Shown: piece after piece, positions 9,801-18,400 of the stretch
Numbering within the stretch: the stretch's first letter is position 1
Layout: each line of letters begins with the position of its first letter
DNA from: Candidatus Hadarchaeota archaeon
GTDB lineage: Archaea; CAYQAE01; CAYVLA01
Assembly: GCA_964621445.1 (NCBI GenBank)
Contig: CAZUNO010000007.1
Coordinates: forward strand, 63,045-127,044
Length of the DNA stretch: 64,000 nt
Direction: 5' to 3'
Program-made: the position numbers and the translations under genes
The notes under the pieces: model-generated
What the model saw: only the letters and a program-made list of their open reading frames with translations
Databases searched by the model: none
Told to the model about the DNA's origin: nothing

Positions 9801-10453
9801 ACAGGACCTTGGGTAACAATGGCATAATTGAAAAGAAGGAGCCTTTATGGGAGCTGGAGGGGGAAGTCACGGTGCGTATGCCCTCAATTCCAGCCGACTG
9901 TAACCAGGATGGTCGGGTGGACGTATTTGACATGGTTCTTGTCGGAAGGGCGCTGGGATCAGTTGAAGGTCAGGAATCCTACGAGTCATACGTAGACCTT
10001 AACGGGGACGGTTCGATCAATGTTTTTGACCTAGTCCTGGTTGGCAAGGACTTCGGAAAACATGGGGCTTTCTCACAAGATGATGAGTTCGTGATGGAGG
10101 TTTTGGCGAATAACGTAACGGATCTGTACCACATCCAGTTCGATCTCAATTACGATCCCACCATTCTGGAGTTTGTAAACATTACGGAGGGCACTTTCAT
10201 GGCCAGCGATGGGGCAAGTACCATCTGGAAATCCCCATCGGTGGATAGCTCACATGGTGAGATCCTGGGTGCGGGCCTGACCAGAACCGGGGTTTCATTT
10301 GGAGCATCAGGATCAGGACCGGTTGCCTCGGTATGCTTCGCGGTCAAGGCACAGGGAAAGAGCCCTCTATATCCTCAGAATGTGAGGTTGGAGGATTCCA
10401 ATGGCTACGCCATAGGAGCCGAGGTCCTTCCTCTTGAAATTACAACAAATTAG
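3857..10453 (+). CDS. Large secreted multidomain protein: C25 (gingipain-like) peptidase, He_PIG/cadherin-like Ig, unassigned region, two FG-GAP beta-propeller regions, dockerin and cohesin
   Basis: Signal peptide MRMNPAFVLLMVFVASS; LVLVGDLP, PEVFVGRI, ACHSS, LFACGA and ILGDPTL (C25-like); PPGMTINPDTGLISWTP; many D-x-D-G-D-G-x-x-E repeats; duplicated DCNQDGRVDVFD / DLNGDGSINVFD; DLYHIQFDLNYDPTIL...SGSGPVASVCF. Confidence 0.8.
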   Translation: MRMNPAFVLLMVFVASSPMVMGNDLHPGDIGHVKLLQWAQPPLTNSPMETGISFSVNEFGEYYSSGGGSTVIVFVNSSLLPALEEELRVYALTLTALGYDSVLLNVSGGQAEDIKQIAIDYSAEGYDLAGLVLVGDLPAAWFYHPFDIGGMPAQFPCDLFLMDLDGLWQDTDDDGLYDSHGPGNGDVAPEVFVGRIDASKVPGDQEALLADYLEKVHRYWVGEIDSTGKGLTYTDERWKDSNDIKFSLGYAYDNYEAFWYPSVNRDDYVNDRLPDDSYDFIQLACHSSSVDHSFSIGGSVTNSDVRSAPPRAIFYNLFACGALRFTDYNCIGNSYIMGTDTDSLAVLGSTKSGSMLNMEDFYTQIGAGKSFGAALKKWFENQAPFDEMEVTWFYGMTILGDPTLTPIEPPNLAPVIISEPGEIAARNFMYRYDVNVSNIDDDPLNFSLLISPPGMTINPDTGLISWTPNGTHLDSYQVELCVMDDRGGLDVQRFNLSVVSPPEDYQMQEYAWVKEEDQPVETWGQYNNTGCGVLNLTYRLEKVSLAYVVRSDSSNITATFLTYHNSSHSGQGTGFNQSGHLFPEAHPNWSTTLCPSGTRTIGDHTYQIFITDFDPEGAPGIWQIRINETGPGHGSSWDDPAGNPNVQWMFFRVPILTGALREVRDEYGRVDPFHIDGELPSTRLNATMVLDPPGNTTGTNLAVVKWIDPGGNTIMNRSRPISYRRDSGWITRDIVDLNASSFPPNATNPYTVEIRMGSYLGVQYFHVFSFYQEVWINTTIDVQTAEGQWFDPSGFEVNFTAIMDTSIAENPYQNLNNLSIQMWRGGKFLRTLANVSWNITGYEPLPNGAQRYSWTGSIPSQIIDNEAGFLPEYFGTFHVRTVSRSGLFPGAEECQTFYIDDPVEGYTSLHQASSIPRDVFERNPGKIWANFEFDPIFLRRRQNPNDQYQNSQVNITWFYPNGTAIEPPGLNQTSMTMDGSWPSGQMWSCGSLNMDRHLPLGRYRAVAEAFTDTGYGVEEIVSFQIVESSSELDAEWSFNTSDIFENRTFGSGHQGCQTIWDIDGDGANEVVFGTQRGDSERMWCVDQFGNFEWIYPPLAENGLPGSTSKVSLVDVEGDLMPELCFVDGGTSLHVLSGHGTSIWTWDNPRGAYLSGAPQAYDVDGDGLVEFFMNDDHGYIHRVSHEGVLVWTSFQCGGPNGFHPTIADIDSDDEMEIIWISHDHNLYVAESGNGTEEWRFNAGSTPHSSPVVADVDGDDEYEAVVCTGPPSASVIIVNSNGTEASRWTEPGGKDIGMAQPIGDLDYDGHLDMALMSGSNIYVIDLVTMNTKWEKNVTQWTQDKIIPKGAMEGQETDYLLIVDFDGDGNLEILMLVPFPLVVDAISGNLEAYYWNEHLALNCTQENGGWWGDVDQDGESEWVVELKGKTLSETQLYCLTAGGQYPTKSSWPERDHSALSAVKQREMALSLVSAYSNSLWFPITQRLSCLPLSPIDGATGAVNPVKMVARTGPPHENVTLEFMVDGVLRDQAVTNATGHATVAINASLGLHEWTVISRKPGWEPGISSIWNFSIAAPELTTERERKYGLETGLGELTYGHQRVCDIDQDDGLEVVIPVNGNFGRILCVEGDSGNIRWIYPPLGQDGIPGNISGVPCIGDMDGDGKDEIIFTAVNNSGGNLYSINAGNGSLRWVGPGSAQGTPCLHDFTGNGKADVVCAGQLSMNVFDQAGQRIWSFDTKNKPLGVPNAFDIDEDGIIEILWGDDQGNLICAGSDGNERWRFPFGSCMVHQPIVADFNQDGEYQVLVHSNDRYLYLLSAHGSEIWRSTLGEHLWGVINGTGIHGGGIATGDIDLDGYLEIVTVDLAGNVYAINHDGSLLWRSRVSGITGGSILIGDMTGDGRPDIILGWGCNCDGLQSGSGAVLSGYSGEIQYFYPRGLGGFEPSAGDLDGDGEVEIAGSGRDGPFATLTASAPYKGGHWPWPFKYRTLGNNGIIEKKEPLWELEGEVTVRMPSIPADCNQDGRVDVFDMVLVGRALGSVEGQESYESYVDLNGDGSINVFDLVLVGKDFGKHGAFSQDDEFVMEVLANNVTDLYHIQFDLNYDPTILEFVNITEGTFMASDGASTIWKSPSVDSSHGEILGAGLTRTGVSFGASGSGPVASVCFAVKAQGKSPLYPQNVRLEDSNGYAIGAEVLPLEITTN

Positions 10454-10574
10454 GAGAAATAGCATGATAATTGGCGCGAGAACTGTGGCCCATTCGGAAA
10501 GGGACCATTCAATCACCCCCTGGGTAGATCATGCAACCCCTCTAGGGTGGCAACCACATCTCCAACTCCCCAGG

Positions 10575-12434
10575 ATGGGCAAAATGATCTTCGCAATTGC
10601 CATTATACTCGTTTGCAGACCCGTAATGGCCACCACTGTATTGGTCAGTTGTCCGGGCGAGGTGGAGGTAGGATCGATCTTCACCATTGAGGTTGACGTA
10701 CAGTCCGTGTCGGATCTCTACGGAGCCCAGTTTGATGTCCACTTCAATCCGGATGTATTGAGAGCAAAGTCGGCCAGTGAGGGGAATTTCCTGAAGCAGG
10801 GAGCAAATGTCTACTGGAATTCTCCCGACATCGATAATGATGCGGGGATCATAGACGATGCAGCCGTGGTGAGGACCGGGGTCTCAGAGGGCGTAGATGG
10901 CTCAGGGACATTAGCAACCATGGTATTCGAGGCCAAAGCAACCGGTAGTACAACAATATCTCTTAATGACGTATCCCTCTCCAATTCCGATGCACAGCCC
11001 ATAGCCACCACCGTTCAAGGTGCATCGATGACCGTAATCCCCCCACCGGAGCCGCCTGCTACCCAGATCACGAGTGGGCCAACTGGGGTTATCTCCATCA
11101 GGAACGCCACGTTTACCTGGTCAGGATCAGATCCTGACGGGCAGGTAACCTCCTATCAATATAGGGTTGATGGGGGCTCCTGGGTAACAACAGTCCAGAC
11201 CTCAAAGACATTCACCAACCTGACAAAGGGAATGCACTCATTTTCGGTGCGGGCGGTGGATGATGATGGACTTAAGGATCTATCGCCGCCTGTGAGAAGC
11301 TTCGAGGTATACTTCACTTCCAATCCAGAGACCCACCTCCTGAGAGCCACCAATGGAACGGTAGAGGGTCAAACCGCTTCTTTCCAATGGTACGGGACGG
11401 ATGCTGATGGTCAAATAAGCCGCTTCCAGTACAGATTGGATAACGGAACCTGGGAAACGACTGAAGCGAACTCCATTACCTTCAGCGAGCTAAGTCATGG
11501 CAACCACACCTTTGAGATTCGGGCGGTGGATGACGAGGGATTGAAGGACCCTTCTCCTGCCTTTTTTGAATTTACCCTCATCCCCTACTGGTGGGAGGAG
11601 GAGATAGAACGCCTAAATCGGGATGTAGATGAACTTGAGGGTAAAATGAGCGAAAAACAAACGCAGTTGGACTCGGCGCGAGCGGAGCTGGCGAACCTGG
11701 AAGGCGAAAATGACGACCTCAGGGATCAGATACGGGTTTTGGAGGCCAGTTTGGCCGATTTGAGCGGAGAAAAGGAGGTCCTTCAGGAGACCTTAAGTCA
11801 GCTGGGTTTAGAGAAGAGCCAACTGCTGGTTGAGTTGGAACAGCTTGAGGGAGATATCGAGGTTCTGAGGTCAAATATCAGCTCGTTGTCCAACAGTCTT
11901 GCCATCACGGAGAGGAACAAGACAGTGCTGGAGGGAGAGATTGCCAGTCTAACCGGAGAACTTGCCCACACCCAGGAGGAACTAGCAGAGATAAGGAGGG
12001 GGCTTAATGCTACCAAGTTTGAGAGAGATAATCTTCAATACCAGGTGGAGATCCTTGAAAGCCGCAGTGAGGATCTCGAGGCCCAGGTGGAAGCAAAATT
12101 TGAACAGATTTCAAAGCTGACCTTAGGGGGAGAGGCCCTCCGATCCAGTAAACAGGAGGTTGAAAAGAAATACGTGAAGCTACTAGGGGAGAAGGAGTCC
12201 CTAACGAACCAAATTTCAAATCTGAAGGAAAGGCTGAGGGGCAATAGATCAAGGGTCAACGCCCTGGAAAACACCACGAAAAATATGGACTCCGAAATAG
12301 ATTTGCTGGAGAAGGAGAATCAACGCCTTATCAGAACAACCTGGGTCTTAGGGATAGTTATTGGATTAATGATTGTTGTCAGTGCCTTTCTCCTATTCAT
12401 GGTCCTCAGGTTAAGGAAAGGGCCGGGTAGCTGA
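10575..12434 (+). CDS. Membrane-anchored cohesin-domain protein with two Ig-like repeats and a long coiled-coil stalk
   Basis: Signal peptide MGKMIFAIAIILVCRPVMA; cohesin (FTIEVDV..VSDLYGAQFDVHFNPDVL...GSGTLATMVF); two PET...F.W.G.D.DGQ...QYR.D.G.W...G.H.F..RAVD..GLKD.SP repeats; ~250 aa of heptads; C-terminal TM helix then RLRK. Confidence 0.85.
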   Translation: MGKMIFAIAIILVCRPVMATTVLVSCPGEVEVGSIFTIEVDVQSVSDLYGAQFDVHFNPDVLRAKSASEGNFLKQGANVYWNSPDIDNDAGIIDDAAVVRTGVSEGVDGSGTLATMVFEAKATGSTTISLNDVSLSNSDAQPIATTVQGASMTVIPPPEPPATQITSGPTGVISIRNATFTWSGSDPDGQVTSYQYRVDGGSWVTTVQTSKTFTNLTKGMHSFSVRAVDDDGLKDLSPPVRSFEVYFTSNPETHLLRATNGTVEGQTASFQWYGTDADGQISRFQYRLDNGTWETTEANSITFSELSHGNHTFEIRAVDDEGLKDPSPAFFEFTLIPYWWEEEIERLNRDVDELEGKMSEKQTQLDSARAELANLEGENDDLRDQIRVLEASLADLSGEKEVLQETLSQLGLEKSQLLVELEQLEGDIEVLRSNISSLSNSLAITERNKTVLEGEIASLTGELAHTQEELAEIRRGLNATKFERDNLQYQVEILESRSEDLEAQVEAKFEQISKLTLGGEALRSSKQEVEKKYVKLLGEKESLTNQISNLKERLRGNRSRVNALENTTKNMDSEIDLLEKENQRLIRTTWVLGIVIGLMIVVSAFLLFMVLRLRKGPGS

Positions 12435-12470
12435 GGGTGGTTAGGGTTTCCACTTATCCATCCCCTGATA

Positions 12471-15400
12471 TCAGGACCTCAGCCCGAAACGTTTGATAAT
12501 GATAAGCAGGACACCCACAGCTATGACCACTGCCATTGCCAAGAAGACCGATCCAAAGCCGGATTCTCCGTCCACCTTGAGGGTTACGGACTGGAGTTCG
12601 GAATATTCATGACCGTCATATGCCCGTACCAGTATCTGGTGTTCGCCCTCCTTCTGGTCGGCACTGAAGTCATATGACCAGTTAGCAGTTCCCTGAGCCG
12701 GCACCCAATCCCCTCCGTCGATTCTTATCTCGATTATCTGTATGGTGTCCCGGCCGTCGCGGTCGTCGCAGGTTCCACTGATGGTCGTGTCTCCCTCGAT
12801 TATTTCCCCATCCTTGGGTGAATCAACGTGCACCCTTGGCGGGTGGTTATTGAACACGATGAGGTTCAGAGAGGTGAGGTTTGAGTACTCAGATCCATCG
12901 CTGCTTCTTGCTTGGATGTGATGTTCCCCGTTTTCCATCATTGTAGTGTTAAGGGTGTAGTCCCAATCCTCCTTCCCGGATACAGATATCCAGTCCCTTG
13001 AATCGATCCTGATTTGGACCTCGGTGATGGATCCGTCCGTGTCCTCGGATTTTCCTCTCAGCCGAATGGTCCCCTGGATCTCGGTACCTTCAGGCGGATG
13101 GCTGAAATGGACCCGCGGTGCCTGATTGGGAGCTGGCTCCACGGTTATCTCCATTACTTGACTCCATTCGCTTCTTGCTCCCTGGTCATCCTCGGCCATG
13201 GACCTGAGTGCATATGTACCTTCATCCACCCAGGTGTGCGAAATGGTTGTGGCCTTATCAGGCTCCGAGAAGTCGGTCCAGAGGTCAACCTCATGGTCGT
13301 TATCCGTATCAATCCCGTATCTGACCTTGTCATCGTTGGCATCGGCTGAGGAAAGGCTCATGGTTATTGATTCCTTCACCGTGATCTTCTGGGGTGCGGA
13401 CATCGATGGGGAGCTGGGGGCAGAGTTTTCCCGGGTTGTGAAGGATACATCCCCAACTCTCGAGGTGGATTTTCCATCATCCACAACTACATAGAAGGTG
13501 TAGGTAGCCCCGTTTTCCAATCCTGACCATTTCACAGTTGCACCGTCCCCGGGGAGTACCCCGGCTACCGAATCTATGACGGAATCATCAAAGGAATCAA
13601 AGAACTTGACATCAACCGGCTCCTCATCCTGGTCCTGGACCCGGGCCGACAGGGCCACGTTTTCGGCGGTGTCCAGCGTATGGTTTGAGGGCTGGAGGGC
13701 TATGATTATAGGTGGGTGATTCAGGATCTTGGTAACCGATCCCTGAAGCCTTTCGGGAGTGCTGGACAGTGACTTGATCTCATCCTCATCCCTTAGCTCC
13801 AGCTCGGTATTTCCTAGGGCCACACCAAACCTGGGAGCGAATTCAATATCCAGCTTTCTCTCTCCATCAACCAGATCCAAATACCAGCCGGACTTCTCGA
13901 CGTGTGAGGTTAGAAAGCCGTCCTTTATCGAGATCTCGGCCACAGTTCTCACATCATCGGGGTTGGCGTTTAGTTTTCCCGAGGCCCAAATCTCTATGGT
14001 GCTCCCCAGGGGTTCTACTTCCAGGTGGTCTATACCTAGGAAGTATCCGGATACCATCTGTCGTCCCGCGCCAGGCTTTCTGAGCGCCGAGGCCGCCTGG
14101 AGCATGTGAGAGGGTTGCGGGGTTATGACCATGGAGACGTTTCCCTCCATGACCTGGCCGTGCCTCTGGCCGGAAAGCCTGGTGGTCATCTCCTTTACTC
14201 CCTCCAGGGGTATCTGCAAGTCCTCCGCAGGTACACGGTAATCACCGGATATCTCGACAAGATCATTGTCCAGGATGTTTAGGTCAATTGACCCCGATCC
14301 CCCTTGGGATGAACCGTATAGACCTCCAAACAGGTTGGTATCCCGTCTCTCAAACTCGGTGGTAAATGTACCGGGCGGGTCAATTATGTTTATGATGGTC
14401 TCGTCGTATCCGGAGGCAGCGATGTTGTTAAAGGTCCACTTGCCCATATCAATGAAGGTCTGGGCAGCTTCGATTACCGCCCCTGCCTGCTTGGCCTGGG
14501 TGGATGTCAGCTTGTCTTCCTGTTCCAGGTAATCCAGCAGGTCGTCCGAGAAGTCGGAGAAGGCCTGTTCGGCCTCCGGTCCAGGTTCCATCATCTTGTT
14601 GTATATACCGGTCATGCCCATGCTACCGGCCATGGCCTTCATGACCTCGCGCCCGAAGGCCTCCTTGAGCCCGTCTATCTCCCACACGGCATTGATGAAG
14701 GTATCGATGGTGGAGGGTCCCACGTCTCCCGACCCCAGGTCCTGGAAATACTGTCTATCCAGCCCGCTATCGGCCAGGTCCTGCCCGTCGATGGTAATCC
14801 CGTTTATGGTCACCACTGGGGGGACCCCTTGTTCCATGGATTCGTATGCGTTCATAACCTGCAGAAGGGTCTCGGTCATTGCCATAACGGTGTCGGAGAA
14901 TGGGACAGATACGGCGCCGCCCGTGGTCTCCGCCAATATGATATTGACCACGGCCTCCAAAGCCATCATCCCTAGCTTGAGTTCGTTTGCCCAAAGGCTC
15001 CACTTCACCCCAAACTCCACCGTCATTTGAGGTATGGTGACGTTGGGTTTTAGGGCGTTCTCGCAGAAGGCGTTGAAGCCATATTCCGGTGGGATGGTGT
15101 GGTACCACTTATACCCCTCGGGTGAGCTGTCGTAGTAGCTGTCCAGCCTGTACTCGAAGAAAACATCCCCATTTAGATTCTCCACCCTCAGTTGGACCGA
15201 TCCCTCCTCGATATCCACGGACCTTACCTTAACCTTGACGTCCCCCTCCTTGAGCGTTGCCTGGCTGGGTGAAAAGGTCTTGTTTAGCGCTTCCACTTCG
15301 AAGCTGTCGGTGTTTATGGTACGCGCATAGTATCGATATGGCCTGGAATCCCCGGGAATGTTGTAGGTCAGTAATAACGAGGCCTGTACATCCCCGCTAT

Positions 15401-18400
15401 AGTTGACGGGTGGGATATTGTAGGAATTGTCTAGCCACCACTCGGACAGGATAGCATCGATGGACTTGGTAAGGTATGTTCCTCTGGGTGTAGAGGTCTC
15501 TGGTACCTGGTCACTGTCCTGCGGGTATAGCTCACCGAAAATCCTGTATCCACTTTCATTCCAGATTTGGGGCTCAAAATACAAGGGAAATTCGTCATAG
15601 GAGTTCGGGAATCTATCAGTTCCAAAAGCCGATAGGTCGCTCATGGGTGTGAGAGTTTTACCATGTGAGATATAATCCTGCTGATAATCCTGATCATCCC
15701 GCGGACGGTATTGCAATGAGTTGCAGAAGATCTTCTGGGAGTAGAGGAATCTCTCTATATCGGCTGGTTCATCTCCGATATTTATGAAATCGAGGTTGTA
15801 GTGGTAACTCTCCGCCGCCTCCAGCACGTTGTCCCCATCGCCATCATAGGGGCGGTTCGGGTCGCTGGTGATCTTTTCCAAAATAAATACATCGTGGGAC
15901 CCGGGCACCATCTTGAATATGGGGCCCAATCTGAACTCGATGGAGGAGTTGAGGGATTCGGCCAGCGTGTAGCTGGGATAGTTCTGGACCCTGACCTCGA
16001 TGGGCAGTTTCTTATCATCCGGGAAGACGGAGGGATCCTGGGGCTTCCAGCCGGTAGAGAGGTCGAATTCGGTCAGTATGATATGGAAGGTGTAGTTAGC
16101 CTCCTCGCCCTGGTCGAGATGTACAATTCTCACCGGATCCCTGGTGACTTGTTCCAGATAGGAGGGAAGGTCGACCTCGATTCGGCCAAAGCCGGACTTG
16201 GTGCCGTTATTCTTCACTCTTATGCCCAGGATGGATCCTCGTTCGGATTCGGGGTAAACCTGGGAATAAGATATTTCTGGACCATTTGGCTTACGTATCC
16301 TGCGCCAGGAGTATATTCTTTCCGCGAATGTGGAGGTCACGTTAATGATTTTCAAGTCCACGTGCTTTACATTGACCTGTACATAACCCAGCGCGTGTTG
16401 ACCTATATCGTTCTCGACCTCGTATAAAAGGTCATAGACGCTGTCATTTAGCGCCCATACAGATGCCGCTATGGCCTTATCTACATGGGAGGTGGACATG
16501 GTTGAGTTGTATATCTCGTAATTCCCGTTCATCCTCCTATCCACCATGAACAGACGTTCATGTACCAAGGGCCGGGAGGAGTTGGCCTTGACGTGAACGG
16601 TCACCAGATCGCCTATATTCCTGTTAACCCCGTACTGGGTGGACTCGACCTTGTGTATCATGGCAGAGAGCATCGGTGATCCCCAGTCCAGGGTATCGTT
16701 TTGGGCCAGGGATGAATCCGTCATCTGTAGGTTCCCTGTGGTGTTGAGCCTCTCCCTTCCCGAGTATATCGACTCGAGGGTGACGTATTCCGATGAGGAG
16801 TCGGAGTAGACCGCTATATCTCTTCCCCTATTGCCATAGATGGCATTATGGGATAGATATCCTGGGGTGGGGGACTCGAACATGACGGAGATATTGTTTT
16901 CATAGAGACGGTTCTGGGATATATCATGGTTGTCCCCAAATGACATCAACTTGATCCCGTATGAACCCCCGTCGTATATCGTGTTTCTACGGATATGGAT
17001 TTCCTCCTCTCCAGTGAGACCGGGGCAGTCAATAAAGACACCCTTTGCGGAACTCGATGATATCACATTGTTCTCGAAATCTCCATGGGAGTCAAGTATC
17101 TCGACCGAGCCATGATTTGACCTGAACTGGTTTCCCCTGGCCTGGAATTGGGAGTCCTCCAGGAGCAGGCCCGCCCTGCCGTTATCGACCATGGTATTGT
17201 TGAAGATGGTGGCATTTTGACACTGGGAGATCCAGAGACCGGTCCCGGCCGTATGCCAGGTCCAGAAATAGGATATGAAATCCAGGAATCGGTTGGAGGC
17301 CAGATAATTGCCGGTGATTGAGACATGGTCACATGAAGTGAATTTGATTCCATTCTGGTTTTCCGATATTCTGTTATCCCGCAGGATGGTGTTTGATGAA
17401 CCAATGAAAAGTCCACCCAATTCGTTGGCGGAGAAGTTGTTCTGGGTTACCAGGCATTCTGGTGAGTTCTCAATTTTCATGCCTTCGACGTTGTCATATA
17501 CATTATTGGATTCTACAAGTGTCTGTGGCGAGTCAATCAGGTGGAGTCCATGGTAGTTATCATCGAGGAAATTACCAGTGATGTTGGTCTGTGGACATGA
17601 AGACTGGCTTAGACCCATATGGTTATCCTGGAAAGTGTTGTTGGACACCGTGCAGGACCCGCAGTCCGCCAACAGCAAGCCACGACCCGGTGATAATTCA
17701 ACCTGATTTTCGAATATCTCCATGGTCGAGCAATTTGTAATCTGGATATTTTCCTGGTTTTCACTTATCGTGTTATTGAGGAGCTGTATCGAGGAGGAAA
17801 AATCGCAGCGGATGCCCATGTGGTTGCCCGCGATATTCCCTTCCATAACCTTAATTTCCTTGGAGTCATCGATGGCCAGGCCAACGTGGTTGTCATCGAT
17901 ATTCATGTTTTCCAGCTTACCATTCTCCACGTTATCCAGATATACCCCGTAACAGAGGTTGTCCCTTCCTCTTGATATGGAACAATCCCTGATCGTGAAG
18001 TGGGCAGTGGTGTTTTCGATCCATATCCCGTGGCTGGTTGAGGCGTCTATGTCCAGGTTCTCAATGAGGTAGGGGTCGGAGGCGGTGCCGCTTCCGGCCA
18101 TTACCTTTTTCTCGGGCGTGAAGTCGTCATCGCCGATTATGTGAATGGTCTGTATATCCAACAGCGGATGTGCATCGCCATGGAATGGAGTATCTCCCAG
18201 CTTGTCCCCATCTAGATCGGCACCCGTGTAGTCGGACCAGTAGTTACCTGCCATCCAGGGACCACCGATGATGTTCCTTCCCGGGGTCTTCGTTATGTTC
18301 CATTCATTTGATGAGATATCTCCGAACACGTTGTAGGTGTACCCGTCGTACCAGTAATTGTCGAGGTAGTTGTTGTAGAATAGGTTGGATTGAGAGTTTG

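Noticed and set aside
10434-10574. Fusion or readthrough joining the 2209-aa and 666-aa ORFs
   Set aside because: Different frames; the second gene has its own signal peptide starting at ATG 10575, so the overlap is an artefact of the longest-ORF start
3857-12434. A true cellulosome
   Set aside because: No dockerin-bearing glycoside hydrolase, tandem-cohesin scaffoldin or CBM3 in the window; the only dockerin is on a peptidase-like protein and the glycosidases present lack signal peptides
12435-12475. Weak hairpin (GGGTGG/CCATCC) and 12-bp palindrome CCTGATATCAGG between the convergent surface genes
   Set aside because: Could be a terminator but is short, has no U-tract and is compatible with chance
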